Below are positions 18,667 to 28,919 of a stretch of 64,000 nucleotides of DNA, piece after piece. The DNA comes from Paracoccaceae bacterium (lineage in GTDB: Bacteria > Pseudomonadota > Alphaproteobacteria > Rhodobacterales > Rhodobacteraceae), in contig OY729418.1 in NCBI GenBank assembly GCA_963422275.1, forward strand, positions 839,750 to 903,749, written 5' to 3'. The notes below the pieces were generated by a model. It saw nothing but the letters and a program-made list of their open reading frames with translations. It searched no databases and had not been told where the DNA came from. Both the position numbers and the translations under genes were made by a program. Within the stretch, counting starts at the first letter, position 1, and each line of letters starts with the position of its first letter.

Positions 18667-18864
18667 CAAACTTATCGAAACACAGCTTGGTGGGCAAGTT
18701 CACCGAATACGGGTGAGACACCATTACAGATGCCCAGAACGAACCCCTCGACCGAATTAAGGGTATTGTCCAACGGTCAATGCCTGCGCTTTGCCTGAAT
18801 TCCGTCGGAGCGGTCACAGATGCCGAGAAACGCCTGTGGAGGCTCATCGCAACTGCGCTGAAGG

Positions 18865-20091
18865 CTAGATGGACAATCCAAGCATGAGTCTGGGCACATC
18901 TCCCGTCAGCCCTGCGGATTCCCGCGCCAGCGCCTGCCGGAACCAAGGCAACTCGTTAACTGCCAGCATGCCTGCTCCCCGCGCTAGCCTAAGAAACGGG
19001 CCATCATTGGAGAACATGCTGTTGAGTCCATCGATCAACAGCGCGAGCGAGACCGAGTCAAACCTGCGCCACCGCTGGTAACGCTCGAGCACAAGAAGGC
19101 TTCCCAAGTCCTCTCCACGTCGTCTTGCAAGCACAATCACCTCAGCAAGCGCCGCCACATCCCGCAACCCCAGATTCAGGCCCTGACCCGCCAAAGGATG
19201 AACCGCACGGGCGGCATCGCCCACAAGGACGACCCGCTTCGCCACAAGCGAATCCGCGATCGAAAGACGCAGGGGCCAGACGAAACGCGGGCCAGCGATC
19301 GTCACCCGGCCTAGAAATTCACCGAACCGGGGACGCAGCTCCCCAAGAAATCCGCCATCATCAAGGGACGCAATTCGACGGGCGTTTGCGGACTGCTCAG
19401 TCCACACGATAGAAGATCGGTTGCCTTTGAGCGGGAGTATCGCCAATGGACCGGCGGGCATGAACAACTGGTGCGCGACACCGTCATGCGGCCGCTCATG
19501 CTGCACGGCGCACACAATGGCAGACTGACCGTAGTCCTTTCCGGTTCGGCCGATCCCAGCATTGGACGCCACTCGGCCATCGCGGCCGTCGCATCCTGCA
19601 AGAATGTATGCGGAAAGTGACCGACCGGAGTCAAGACAGATCTTCATGTCGCCGTCGCGGGCTTCATGTCCGGTGATGCGATCAGGGGCAATTTGCCTTA
19701 TCCTGCCGTTCTTTGCGAGCGCTTTCGAAACTGCGCTTCGCAGGTGCCGATCCTCGACCATTTGCCAAACCCCGGTTTCTCCGGTTTCGGCGAGATCGAT
19801 GCCAAAAGCTCCAAATCCAGCACCCTCCCCAGGTCTCCCGTCGGACACTTCGAAGGCGGCTATCTCTTGGCAATTGTCGCGCAGCGCTTCCCACAGTCCG
19901 ACCGACTCAAGCAATCGGCGAGAGGAAAGCGACATCGCGTAGGCTCGGCCGTCGAATTCCGGGGAAAGCCGGTCGCTCGAATGGAGCGAGTTCACGACCA
20001 GCGTCGTTACACCCTCTCGAGAAAGGGCCAGCGCGAGGACGGAGCCAGTAATTCCGGAACCCGCAATCACCACTTCAGCATCAAAGCCCAT
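18865..20091 (-). CDS. FAD-dependent ubiquinone-biosynthesis hydroxylase (UbiH/UbiF/VisC/Coq6 family)
   Basis: I moved the start to MGFDAEVVIAGSGITGSVLALAL (GxGxxG dinucleotide fold). The C-terminal part has LVGDAARAVHPLAGQGLNLGLRD, a flavoprotein monooxygenase fingerprint. Confidence 0.85.
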   Translation of the reverse strand: MGFDAEVVIAGSGITGSVLALALSREGVTTLVVNSLHSSDRLSPEFDGRAYAMSLSSRRLLESVGLWEALRDNCQEIAAFEVSDGRPGEGAGFGAFGIDLAETGETGVWQMVEDRHLRSAVSKALAKNGRIRQIAPDRITGHEARDGDMKICLDSGRSLSAYILAGCDGRDGRVASNAGIGRTGKDYGQSAIVCAVQHERPHDGVAHQLFMPAGPLAILPLKGNRSSIVWTEQSANARRIASLDDGGFLGELRPRFGEFLGRVTIAGPRFVWPLRLSIADSLVAKRVVLVGDAARAVHPLAGQGLNLGLRDVAALAEVIVLARRRGEDLGSLLVLERYQRWRRFDSVSLALLIDGLNSMFSNDGPFLRLARGAGMLAVNELPWFRQALARESAGLTGDVPRLMLGLSI

Positions 20092-20177
20092 TTGTCCAGT
20101 ATGCAGGAGATCCCCGCGTTGTCCAATCTTGAATCCGAAGATAGCATGTTCAACATTCGAACGTTCGGAGCAATCAG

Positions 20178-21515
20178 ATGCACAATGATTGGTTGACCTG
20201 CCCTGCCTGCGATCTAGGCCGCGGAATTGGGGCTGGCGAGATAGATCCGGTCGAGTTGACCGAAGCATTCCTTGACGCGATCAAGTCCGGTCCGGATTCC
20301 AGCATGATCTACACGCATGTTACGGTCGGACGCGCACGTTCCGAGGCACGTGAGGCGGCTGAGCGGGCGAAGCGAGGCGAGAGAAAATCGTTGCTCGATG
20401 GAGTCCCCGTTTCATGGAAAGACTTGTATGACATCGAGGGAATCCCGACAGAAGCGGGATCTGCGCTGCTGAAGGGCAACGTCGCCGAACAAGATGCCAG
20501 CGCAGTTGAGACGGCGTCCTCGTGCGGGATGGTCTGCCTCGGGAAAACCCACATGACGGAGTTGGCGTTCTCGGGCTTGGGTGTCAATCCGGTCACCGAA
20601 ACTCCGCCAAACGTCAACAACGCCGATTGGGTGCCGGGTGGTTCATCGTCAGGCGCGGCAGCGTCAGTGGCATTCGGTCTGGCAGCCGCAGGAATTGGTT
20701 CCGATACAGGCGGGTCGGTGCGGGTGCCGGCCGCCTGGAACGATCTGGTCGGTTTCAAGCCCACCAAAGGCATGATTCCGACAGACGGAATGCAGCCGTT
20801 GTGCAGGCGGTTTGACACCATTGGGCCACTGACAAGAACTGTCGAGGATGCAGAAGCTTTGTATGCGTTGCTTTCCGGAGCGGAAGACCATTGTGAACCA
20901 ACGCTTGAGCGAGAAGCGTCGCAAATGAGCTTCCTCATCCTGGAGAATGTTGCGATGGAAGATTTGCGACCGGAACCGGCGGCGGGGTTCGAGAGGGCAG
21001 TCAGGAGACTGGAAATGGCAGGAGCAGCTTTCGAAGCCGCAAATGTATCAGCTGCAAGCGAAGCCTCGGATATGTCTGGAAGTATCTATTCCGTCGAAGC
21101 CTATGCAATGTGGGGTGACTTGATCGAGCAGAATCCAAGCCTGATGTTCGGGGAAATTCTCCGCCGGTTTCGCTCGGGGGCCAGCACCTCTGGCGTGAAT
21201 TATGTCAGGTCAACATACCGGCTTGAAGAATTAAGGCAGGAATACCTGCACGCAGTCTCGGAGTTCGATGTCGTTGCCATTCCAACCAGCCCGATCCTGC
21301 CTCCTGAAAGAGAGCGTCTTCTCGCCGACGGCGATTTCTTCGCGAAGGAGAATCTTCTTGCCCTCCGAAACACGCGAATTGGCAATCTCATGGAGGTGCC
21401 CTCGATCACCTTGCCGACGGGGACACCTTCAACCGGCTTGCTGCTGTTGGGCAAGCCCTACGAAGACGACCTGCTCCTCAGCACAGCAAGAACTGTGGAG
21501 CGCATACTTGCCTGA
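20178..21515 (+). CDS. amidase-signature family amidase
   Basis: 445-aa ORF with the amidase signature GGSSSGAAASVAFGLAAAGIGSDTGGSVRVPAA. Confidence 0.85.
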   Translation: MHNDWLTCPACDLGRGIGAGEIDPVELTEAFLDAIKSGPDSSMIYTHVTVGRARSEAREAAERAKRGERKSLLDGVPVSWKDLYDIEGIPTEAGSALLKGNVAEQDASAVETASSCGMVCLGKTHMTELAFSGLGVNPVTETPPNVNNADWVPGGSSSGAAASVAFGLAAAGIGSDTGGSVRVPAAWNDLVGFKPTKGMIPTDGMQPLCRRFDTIGPLTRTVEDAEALYALLSGAEDHCEPTLEREASQMSFLILENVAMEDLRPEPAAGFERAVRRLEMAGAAFEAANVSAASEASDMSGSIYSVEAYAMWGDLIEQNPSLMFGEILRRFRSGASTSGVNYVRSTYRLEELRQEYLHAVSEFDVVAIPTSPILPPERERLLADGDFFAKENLLALRNTRIGNLMEVPSITLPTGTPSTGLLLLGKPYEDDLLLSTARTVERILA

Positions 21516-21544
21516 CCGAGGGTCTCCTCGGGCTCGCTTGAATC

Positions 21545-22575
21545 TCTGAAATTTGCCTTTCGAAAATTGCCAGTCCATTCCACCGGTCTCCTGGTTGCAA
21601 GCGCCTGTCATGGTGTTCGATTGAGGGAGAGGACGATGGATTTCTTCGTGATGGCGGCGGCCGAGCGCGTGGACCGGAACAGTGCCCTGCGAAAGGTCGG
21701 CACACCGATGGACTGGCAGCACCTGGAACGTGCCACTGCGATGTCGACCTGACGGTCCGGGTTCTTCTCCTCGGCCAGTGGCATTCGCTGTCGGACCGGG
21801 AATTCGAGCAGGCGCTGACGGTGCGCCTCGGCTTCATGCTGTCCGTCGGCCGCGGTCGGCGATCGAGCGCTGTGCTGCGCGGTCTTAACGAGGCGCTTCT
21901 GTCCGAGGTCAACAGCCAGTTGCAGGAACGCGGCCTGAGGCCGGGAACGCGCCGGTGGCGGTGGTTGGCGCGGCCATCGTAGAGAGCGCGGCGCGACCGC
22001 GGCATCATATCGAGGTTGTAGCCAAGGGTCGCGCCGAGGACGAGGCGCCGCGCTTCCCGGCCCTGGGGTGTCCGACTGCACGGGGCGAAGGGCGCTCGCC
22101 GACAAGGGGCTGTCCATCGCCGTCAACCGCGCCTGCCTGACCGAGGCGGGGATCATGTTCCGGGCTTCCCGGGGACATCCCCTGTCCCGGCACCGCCGCC
22201 GGTTCAACCGGCTGGCGTCGCGGCGGCGATGGGTCGTGGAGCAGACCTTCGGCACCCTGAAGCGGCTCTTCAGGGCGGCACGGTCCTGGTTCATGGGGCA
22301 GCAGGCAGTGGAGGCGAAAACGGCCATGAAGGCGATGGCCCCGACCCTGCTCAAGGCAGTCAACCGGATCGAGCTGTCTGCGGCTTGAGGGCCGGAGTCT
22401 GTCCCGAACCTGCCCGATGCGGCGCATCGGGGACTGAAACCGCGCTTTTTGGGGCCAAAACCGCGTCTGGAAGGCGCCGCAGCCACCCATCGGCGATCAC
22501 CAGGCACTCAGCCGGCTCCGAACGGCGAAATGCAGAGAAAAATGCCCGCTTTAGAAATAGTCTTTAGTCTGGAAT
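21545..22575 (+). pseudogene. degenerate IS5-family 'type B' element (transposase in pieces)
   Basis: The 5' part MDFFVMAAAERVDRNSALRKVGTPMDWQHLE (21632 onward) and the 3' part ...ADKGLS...RRRWVVEQTFGTLKRLF... (ORF 22068..22388) are in different frames. A noncoding tail of about 190 nt follows, homologous to 56030-56195. Confidence 0.65.
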
Positions 22576-22690
22576 TTGCAATTCTGCCACAGGTGCTCGG
22601 GCTGTCGCGGAATAGCCAGCCCTTTTGGCATTGAAACTTTCAAGCGCTTGGCCTACTATCTGCATGAACGAGGCGACATGATCTCGGAAC

Positions 22691-23884
22691 ATGAGGCAAA
22701 GTATGATGTTTCCCGAGCGGTTTCGTGAACTGCCCGAGTATGCGTTTTCCCGGTTGCGCTCGTTGCTGGATGGTCATCCTGCAGGCGCAGAGACATTAGA
22801 AATGTCGATCGGCGAGCCTCGGCACGAATTTCCCAAATGGATCGTGCAGGAGATTCTGGAGAACGTCGAGAGCTTTGGAAGGTATCCGGCCAATTTTGGC
22901 GACTCGAATCTCCTTGGGGCCATCTCGGACTGGATTCGATTCCGCTACGGAGTGTCCGTTGATCCCGAAACTCGAATTGTTGTCCTGAATGGAACACGCG
23001 AAGGTATGTTCAACGTCTGCATTGCACTCTGCCCGGAGAGAAAGAATGGCGCTCAGCCGCGAGTGCTGATTCCGAATCCGTTCTACCAAGTGTATTCCGC
23101 CGCTGCGCTAGCCGCCGGCGCGAAGCCTGTTTGCGTGCCTGCCAACGAAGACAACTCGCATCTGCCGGACTACGCGGCACTTCCATCCGACATCCTGCAG
23201 ACCACATCAATCCTCTACATTTGTTCACCCTCGAATCCACAGGGTGCGGTCGCCACGAGCGATTATCTGGCCGGTCTGATCGAGCTGGCCGAGAAGCATG
23301 ATTTTCGGGTGTTCGCCGACGAATGCTACTCCGAGATCTATCGTGGCGAGGCGCCTGTTGGCATCCTTGAGGTCGCCGCGGCCAAGGGTGTCGACTCGGA
23401 GCGAGTTGCTGCCTTCCATTCCCTCTCCAAGCGGTCCAACGTTCCCGGGCTGAGATCGGGCTTCGTTGCCGCCGGTCCCAAGGCTACGCAGCAGATCAAG
23501 ATGATGCGCGCATATTCGGGGGCACCGCTGCCGACACCAGTGCAGAAAGCATCCGAGAGCCTCTGGAAGGACGAGATCCATGTCGATAAGAATCGGGAAT
23601 TGTACCGGAAAAAATTTGAAGTCGCGGATGCAATTCTAGGAGGAGTCGAAGGTTACCGCCCGCCAGATGCAGGGTTTTTTCTCTGGCTGAGAGTCGACGA
23701 CGGTGAGTCGGCGGCTTTGAAGCTTTGGACCGAAACTGGCGTTCGGGTGTTGCCTGGCGCCTATCTTGGGCGCGAGGCCAATGGCCGGAATCCAGGAAGC
23801 GGCTACATCCGCATCGCCCTTGTCGCCGAGGAAGAGGAGGTCCGGCGCGGCTTGGAGCAGGTCAGGGGCTGCCTGTACAAATAG
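22691..23884 (+). CDS. class I/II PLP-dependent aminotransferase (DapC/aspartate aminotransferase-like)
   Basis: 397-aa ORF with the PLP-lysine region SLSKRSNVPGLRSGF and NPxNPxG (SPSNPQGAV). Confidence 0.8.
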   Translation: MRQSMMFPERFRELPEYAFSRLRSLLDGHPAGAETLEMSIGEPRHEFPKWIVQEILENVESFGRYPANFGDSNLLGAISDWIRFRYGVSVDPETRIVVLNGTREGMFNVCIALCPERKNGAQPRVLIPNPFYQVYSAAALAAGAKPVCVPANEDNSHLPDYAALPSDILQTTSILYICSPSNPQGAVATSDYLAGLIELAEKHDFRVFADECYSEIYRGEAPVGILEVAAAKGVDSERVAAFHSLSKRSNVPGLRSGFVAAGPKATQQIKMMRAYSGAPLPTPVQKASESLWKDEIHVDKNRELYRKKFEVADAILGGVEGYRPPDAGFFLWLRVDDGESAALKLWTETGVRVLPGAYLGREANGRNPGSGYIRIALVAEEEEVRRGLEQVRGCLYK

Positions 23885-23905
23885 CAAGTAAAGGATAGCA
23901 ACATA

Positions 23906-26536
23906 ATGGCATTCAATGCACGACAACGAGACCCCTTGATCGACAGCGACTGGAAGCTGTACATCAAGCGCAGGAGCAAGGAGTTGTTCGGACTCTTTCT
24001 GCTGTCAGCCGCGGTCGCGTTCGGAATGCTGTTATACTCATATTCTCCGAAAGATCCGGGACTGTTTTCGGTCACCAGCGCCCCGGCTCAAAACCTGCTC
24101 GGAGCGAGAGGGGCGGCGATCGCAAGTCCGCTGATGATAACGATCGGACTTGCCTCTTGGACGATCGTGACGTTTCTCGTTGCGTGGGGCTTAAGGTTCA
24201 CCTTGCACGCCGGAGAAGGCGCTTTTCTCAATCGCCTGATTTTCCTGCCGATGTTGGTCGCGAGCGCGTCGGTTGGCTTGGCCTCGGTGGAACACTTGCC
24301 CTCGTGGCATCATCAATTCGGGCCGGGCGGAATGTTCGGGGACACAATACTAGGTGCAACGGTGTACGCTTGGCCAGGGGAACGTCAAACCGGCTTCAAG
24401 ATCGTCACTGCTGCGTTCTGGTCCCTGATCGCTTTGTTCCTGCCCATCGTGTTGGGCTTGACGTTTTCCGGAATCCGAAAGACTGCCGCAGCGGTCGGAA
24501 CGCTGCCCAAGCGGGCGATTGCTGGGGGAAGGTTTGAGCGAGCGAGATCCCGAAATGCGCTGGACGCAGAGCACGGCTCGCCGCTTCCCCAATCGGAATC
24601 GGATACCCAGCAGGTGCCGGAGCCAAAAGCTCAAGAGAGGATTCCGAGCGGAATGGCGCTGCAGATGCAGCAACCGGAAACAAATTTGAAGGACGGCTTT
24701 CCGCTGGACGAATTCATCGAGGGCGCTCCCGAAAAGCGCGGCGCGTTGAAACGCCTCCTCGGCGGCATTTCCTTGGCAGCATCCCAATTGGGCACGTTCG
24801 GCTTGAACACGGGAGACGCCGACGACACATGGTCCGCAAAGTCAACTCGCCGTGCCAGGCAGTTAACGCTCACCCGATCCGGCAATGCCAAGTCCGTGGA
24901 AGAGCCTTCGACTCTTGGTGCCGAACCTCAAATGCCAGTTATCCGCGCCACTCCCAGAAAGCCGCGGAAGCAGAGTCGAAAAGCCACGAAGGAGAAACAT
25001 CCAACGCTTCCCCTGGAGAAAAACTCGTCGGGGTACGAAGGGCCTCCCCTGAATCTTTTGCAGGAACCTTTGCAGAAAATTACGAAGAGTCAAAGCAGCA
25101 AGGCATTGGAAAGCAACGCCCGCATGCTGGAGGGTGCGCTTGAGGACTACGGGGTCAGGGGCGCAATTGAGACCGTGCGGCCTGGGCCTGTGGTCACCCT
25201 TTACGAGCTTGCGCCGGCACCAGGAATAAAGGCATCCAGAGTCATCAGTCTTTCCGAAGACATAGCAAGGTCCATGAGCGCTCTCTCGGCAAGGATCTCG
25301 ACGGTTCCGGGACGGTCGGTAATCGGCATCGAGCTGCCGAACCACGATCGGGAGACGGTGTTTCTCAATGAACTGCTTTCCTCTCAAGATTTCGGGGATT
25401 CAAAAATGAATCTTCCCATCGCATTGGGAAAGGACATTGGCGGTGATCCCGTGGTGGTCGATCTGGCGTCCATGCCCCACATGCTGATCGCGGGAACGAC
25501 CGGGTCCGGGAAATCGGTGGGAATCAACACAATGATACTGAGCCTGCTGTACAGGCTGTCCCCCGACAACTGCCGATTCATCATGATTGATCCGAAAATG
25601 CTGGAATTGAGCGTTTACGACGGAATTCCGCACCTCCTGTCGCCGGTGGTCACCGATCCGAAGAAAGCGGTCGTCGCGCTCAAGTGGGTGGTCGCCGAAA
25701 TGGAGGAGCGATACCGGCTGATGTCCAAGATCGGCGTCCGGAACATCGGCGGATACAACGCAAGGGTGCACGCAGCCCTGGAGCGTGGCGAAAAGCTCAC
25801 GCGCACGGTGGCAGTCGGCTTCGACCAAAGTACGGGCGAGCAGATCTTCGAGACGGAAGAGTACGAGCCGAAGAAGCTGCCGTTCATCGTCGTCATTGTC
25901 GACGAAATGGCCGACCTGATGCTGATTGCCGGAAAGGATATCGAGGCCTGCATTCAACGTCTCGCGCAAATGGCCCGAGCTTCCGGAATCCACCTTATCA
26001 TGGCGACGCAGCGGCCATCCGTGGACGTGATCACCGGAACCATCAAGGCCAACTTTCCGACGCGCGTATCGTTTGAGGTCTCGTCCAAGGTCGACAGCCG
26101 CACAATTCTCGGTGAACAAGGGGCGGAACAGCTTCTTGGAAAGGGTGACATGCTGTACATGTCGGGAGGCGGCAAGATCAGCCGCGTGCATGGCCCGTTC
26201 GTATCCGATGACGAGATCGAGAAAATCGTGAACCACCTCAAGTCCCTGGGACGGCCGGACTACCTCTCCGAGATAATCGAGGGACCGGATGAAGCCACCG
26301 CTGCGCAACGCGATCAAATGCTCGGCCTCTCCGCGGATGGATCCTCGGAAAACGAGGAGTATGACAAGGCTGTCGCAATAGTGCTGGGAGATCGCAAGTG
26401 TTCGACCTCCTACATCCAGAGAAAACTGGGAATCGGTTACAACAAGGCGGCCCGACTGGTTGAGCGGATGGAAGAGCAAGGATTGGTGAGCGCGGCAAAC
26501 CACGTAGGGAAGCGTGAAATACTCGTGCCAGAGTGA
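23906..26536 (+). CDS. ftsK: DNA translocase FtsK
   Basis: 876-aa ORF with N-terminal TM segments, a low-complexity linker, a motor domain with Walker A (GTTGSGKSV) and Walker B ([10 protein letters not shown]), and a C-terminal gamma domain ([24 protein letters not shown]). Confidence 0.95.
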   Translation: MAFNARQRDPLIDSDWKLYIKRRSKELFGLFLLSAAVAFGMLLYSYSPKDPGLFSVTSAPAQNLLGARGAAIASPLMITIGLASWTIVTFLVAWGLRFTLHAGEGAFLNRLIFLPMLVASASVGLASVEHLPSWHHQFGPGGMFGDTILGATVYAWPGERQTGFKIVTAAFWSLIALFLPIVLGLTFSGIRKTAAAVGTLPKRAIAGGRFERARSRNALDAEHGSPLPQSESDTQQVPEPKAQERIPSGMALQMQQPETNLKDGFPLDEFIEGAPEKRGALKRLLGGISLAASQLGTFGLNTGDADDTWSAKSTRRARQLTLTRSGNAKSVEEPSTLGAEPQMPVIRATPRKPRKQSRKATKEKHPTLPLEKNSSGYEGPPLNLLQEPLQKITKSQSSKALESNARMLEGALEDYGVRGAIETVRPGPVVTLYELAPAPGIKASRVISLSEDIARSMSALSARISTVPGRSVIGIELPNHDRETVFLNELLSSQDFGDSKMNLPIALGKDIGGDPVVVDLASMPHMLIAGTTGSGKSVGINTMILSLLYRLSPDNCRFIMIDPKMLELSVYDGIPHLLSPVVTDPKKAVVALKWVVAEMEERYRLMSKIGVRNIGGYNARVHAALERGEKLTRTVAVGFDQSTGEQIFETEEYEPKKLPFIVVIVDEMADLMLIAGKDIEACIQRLAQMARASGIHLIMATQRPSVDVITGTIKANFPTRVSFEVSSKVDSRTILGEQGAEQLLGKGDMLYMSGGGKISRVHGPFVSDDEIEKIVNHLKSLGRPDYLSEIIEGPDEATAAQRDQMLGLSADGSSENEEYDKAVAIVLGDRKCSTSYIQRKLGIGYNKAARLVERMEEQGLVSAANHVGKREILVPE

Positions 26537-26540
26537 TGCA

Positions 26541-27257
26541 ATGAATGCAGATTTCCAAATCAACCGAGCAGCGCACCTGAAATGCAGTGCGCGCGTCCTC
26601 GCTCACTGCATGCTGGCCGCTGCCACGGCATTCGCGGTCGCGATCGACACCAAAGCGGAGACACTGGGCTCCGGCAGCCGGGAGGCGAGCGGTCAAGGCA
26701 TAGCCGAACTGCCTGACAGCGAAACGGTCCCGCCGGTCCGAATTGAGGATCTTTCCGAATACTTGCGTGGAATCGACACGCTCGTCGCAACGTTTTCACA
26801 AGAGAATGCCGACGAAACGATGTCGTCAGGCACGATATACATAGACCGTCCGTTCCGGGCGCGACTCTCCTACAGCCCGCCCAATCCTGCACTCATTATC
26901 GCGAATTCCGGACAGGTGGCCGTGTTTGACCGGAAATCGAACACCGGACCGAACCTGTACTCGCTCAGGAGAACCCCGCTTTACGGCATTCTTTCGAGAA
27001 AGGCGGATCTTGCCAATCCCAGATATCTAATCGGGCACTTCGTCGAAGGGGAAATTAGCGAAGTTCACCTTCGTGCCAAGAGAAATGACGACAGGGCCAT
27101 GATCAAGCTGATTTTCCACAATCGCCCGGTTTCATTGCGTGGGTGGGAGGTCATTGACGAGTTTGGAAACAAGGTTTCGGTAACGCTGGGCAACATCCTT
27201 TACGGTCCTGAGCTGGACCGGGTCATCTTCGATATCGACAAGGAGGCGGAAAGCTAG
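26541..27257 (+). CDS. lolA: LolA-like outer-membrane lipoprotein carrier protein
   Basis: I moved the start to MNADFQ... after the ftsK stop. It has a signal-like N-terminus, a LolA-type core (FSQENADETMSSGTIYIDRPFRARLSY) and conserved ftsK-lolA synteny. The stop codon abuts an IS-end-like sequence. Confidence 0.75.
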   Translation: MNADFQINRAAHLKCSARVLAHCMLAAATAFAVAIDTKAETLGSGSREASGQGIAELPDSETVPPVRIEDLSEYLRGIDTLVATFSQENADETMSSGTIYIDRPFRARLSYSPPNPALIIANSGQVAVFDRKSNTGPNLYSLRRTPLYGILSRKADLANPRYLIGHFVEGEISEVHLRAKRNDDRAMIKLIFHNRPVSLRGWEVIDEFGNKVSVTLGNILYGPELDRVIFDIDKEAES

Positions 27258-27272
27258 GAAACCTCTGAATTT

Positions 27273-27705
27273 CTTATGCACATGGTTCCGGCGACACAAG
27301 GCATTGTGTCCGGGATGTCGGATGATGGGATGTTCGCATGACATTCTTGATGTGGGACCGTCCCATGACCAAAATCCCCGCCAGCCTCATCGCCTTCCAG
27401 CGCCTGTTCCCCGACGACGACGCCTGCGGCCAAGACCGCGGGTGGCAGCTGAAGACCAAGCCGAGCAGCTTCGAGTGCGCCCGTTGCCATCGGCAAACCT
27501 CGGCAACCGCCGGCCCCTCCTGCACCAAACCAGGCTGTCGCTCACGATCTGGTTCTGGGCCGCCTGTCTGATGGCCACTCATTCCAGCGACATCTCCGCC
27601 CTGCAATTGCAGAAGCGGCTCGGGACCGGGTCCTGTTCCTGCAGGCTCTGCGCGCCAAACCTCGCCCCTGCCGCATCTTGATCAAACCGGGACCAAATGC
27701 ATAAG
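27273..27705 (+). mobile_element. MITE-like deletion derivative of an IS1595-family element (MITE-A)
   Basis: Terminal inverted repeats are CTTATGCACATGGTTCCGG / CCGGGACCAAATGCATAAG. The interior encodes only a frameshifted transposase N-terminus (MTKIPASLIAFQRLFPDDDAC...C.RC). It is preceded by GGAAACCTCTGAAT, resembling a solo type A IS end. Confidence 0.7.
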
Positions 27706-27783
27706 CAGTTCTTTGGAATACAAACGCCGGCATTTGCGATCTTCGTTATACCAATGTTCAGGTTGAGGTGCTAAATTAGACAA

Positions 27784-28002
27784 ATGAGCAAAAACCATGC
27801 ACCAAAACGCTCCGCCGTCTCCGGCCGGTATGTCACCAAGGCAATTGGCGCGCGGAAAGCGGAGAAGTTCTCCGCGGTGGAAGGCGTGGTTCTCACCCGG
27901 AAAAATGATGAGCGATACAGAACACTGAAGTTGAGCGGACTGAAGGGCGATGCATTGCGGTCCGCCATTACTGGTTCGTTCAAATCCAGCAAACGCAAAT
28001 GA
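27784..28002 (+). CDS. small antitoxin-like partner of Fic (VbhA/FicA-like position)
   Basis: 72-aa ORF whose stop overlaps the fic ATG (ATGA). It contains ...KFSAVEGVVL..., a Glu-Gly resembling the inhibitory (S/T)xxxE(G/N) helix, but with the Ser one residue closer. Confidence 0.6.
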   Translation: MSKNHAPKRSAVSGRYVTKAIGARKAEKFSAVEGVVLTRKNDERYRTLKLSGLKGDALRSAITGSFKSSKRK

Positions 28003-28589
28003 GCCGGTATGATGCGGTTGAAGATCCCCTCTGCTACCCCGGTACGACCGTCCTAAGAAACAAGGCCGACATCCGCGACCAGGATGTTCTCGATCAGTTC
28101 GAATATCTCATGTTCGAGACCCGGGCGGAAGAGGATTTGCCTCCGGGCGATCTGGACTATGTGCACTACCGGGCCATCCACCACCATTTCTTTCAGGACG
28201 TTTATGATTGGGCAGGCGAGATCCGGCAGATCCGCACGGCTAAAGACGGCAATCGGTTCTGCCACCCGGAATACATCGATACGGAGATGGAAAAGCTGTT
28301 TGCGCAACTCGTTCAGGAGGATCATCTCCGCGGAATCGACGACCTCAGCAAGTTTGCCAAGCGGGCGGCTCACTATATCGCCGAAATCAACGCAATCCAT
28401 CCGTTCCGCGAGGGAAACGGCCGATGTCAACTGACACTCTTCAACCTGCTTCTCAGGGCGTCAGGCCGCGAATTCGACGAAGACCGGCTAGTCCCCGAGC
28501 GATTCATGAATGCGATGATCGCCAGTTTTCATGGTGACAATTCCCAGCTTGCCCTTGCGATCGAGGCAATAATCATCCCGGCTCCCTAG
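27999..28589 (+). CDS. fic: Fic-domain protein (AMPylase-type toxin)
   Basis: 196-aa ORF with the Fic motif HPFREGNGRCQL. The canonical form is HxFx(D/E)GNGRxxR, so the final Arg is replaced by Leu here. Confidence 0.9.
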   Translation: MSRYDAVEDPLCYPGTTVLRNKADIRDQDVLDQFEYLMFETRAEEDLPPGDLDYVHYRAIHHHFFQDVYDWAGEIRQIRTAKDGNRFCHPEYIDTEMEKLFAQLVQEDHLRGIDDLSKFAKRAAHYIAEINAIHPFREGNGRCQLTLFNLLLRASGREFDEDRLVPERFMNAMIASFHGDNSQLALAIEAIIIPAP

Positions 28590-28696
28590 AACCGGGCCTG
28601 CGACCAGGAATGCTCGTCGCGTTCACCGGCCTTGAGAAACGCCGTTATCGCAGTCAAGTTGAACAATGCCTAGGGAACCTCTGAATATAGCCTGAA

Positions 28697-28908
28697 TTGC
28701 TTATGCACTTGGTTCCGGTGACACAAGGTATTGTATCCGGGATGTCGGATGATGGAATGTTTGCATGACATTCTTGACGTGGAACCGTCCCATGACCGAA
28801 ATCCCCGCCAGCCTCGTCGCCTTCCAGCGCCTGTTCCTGCAGGCTCTGCGCGCCAAACCCCACCCCTGCCGCATCTTGATCAAACCGGAACCAAGTGCAT
28901 AAGCAGTT
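28697..28908 (+). mobile_element. 212-bp MITE of the IS1595-derived family (MITE-B) nested in the IS5-type left end
   Basis: A 20-bp perfect terminal inverted repeat (GCTTATGCACTTGGTTCCGG), flanked by AGCCTGAA / AGCCTGAT (7/8 match). The uninterrupted site is visible in the copy at 62440-62475. Confidence 0.75.
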
Positions 28909-28919
28909 AGCCTGATTTT

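Noticed and set aside
25400-26563. 387-aa minus-strand ORF
   Set aside because: It is antisense to the ftsK motor domain. This is a shadow ORF.
27259-27272. GGAAACCTCTGAAT at the lolA stop as a full type A IS copy
   Set aside because: Only about 14 nt resemble the IS terminus, and they are followed directly by MITE-A. It is at most a solo end fragment, and chance similarity cannot be excluded.
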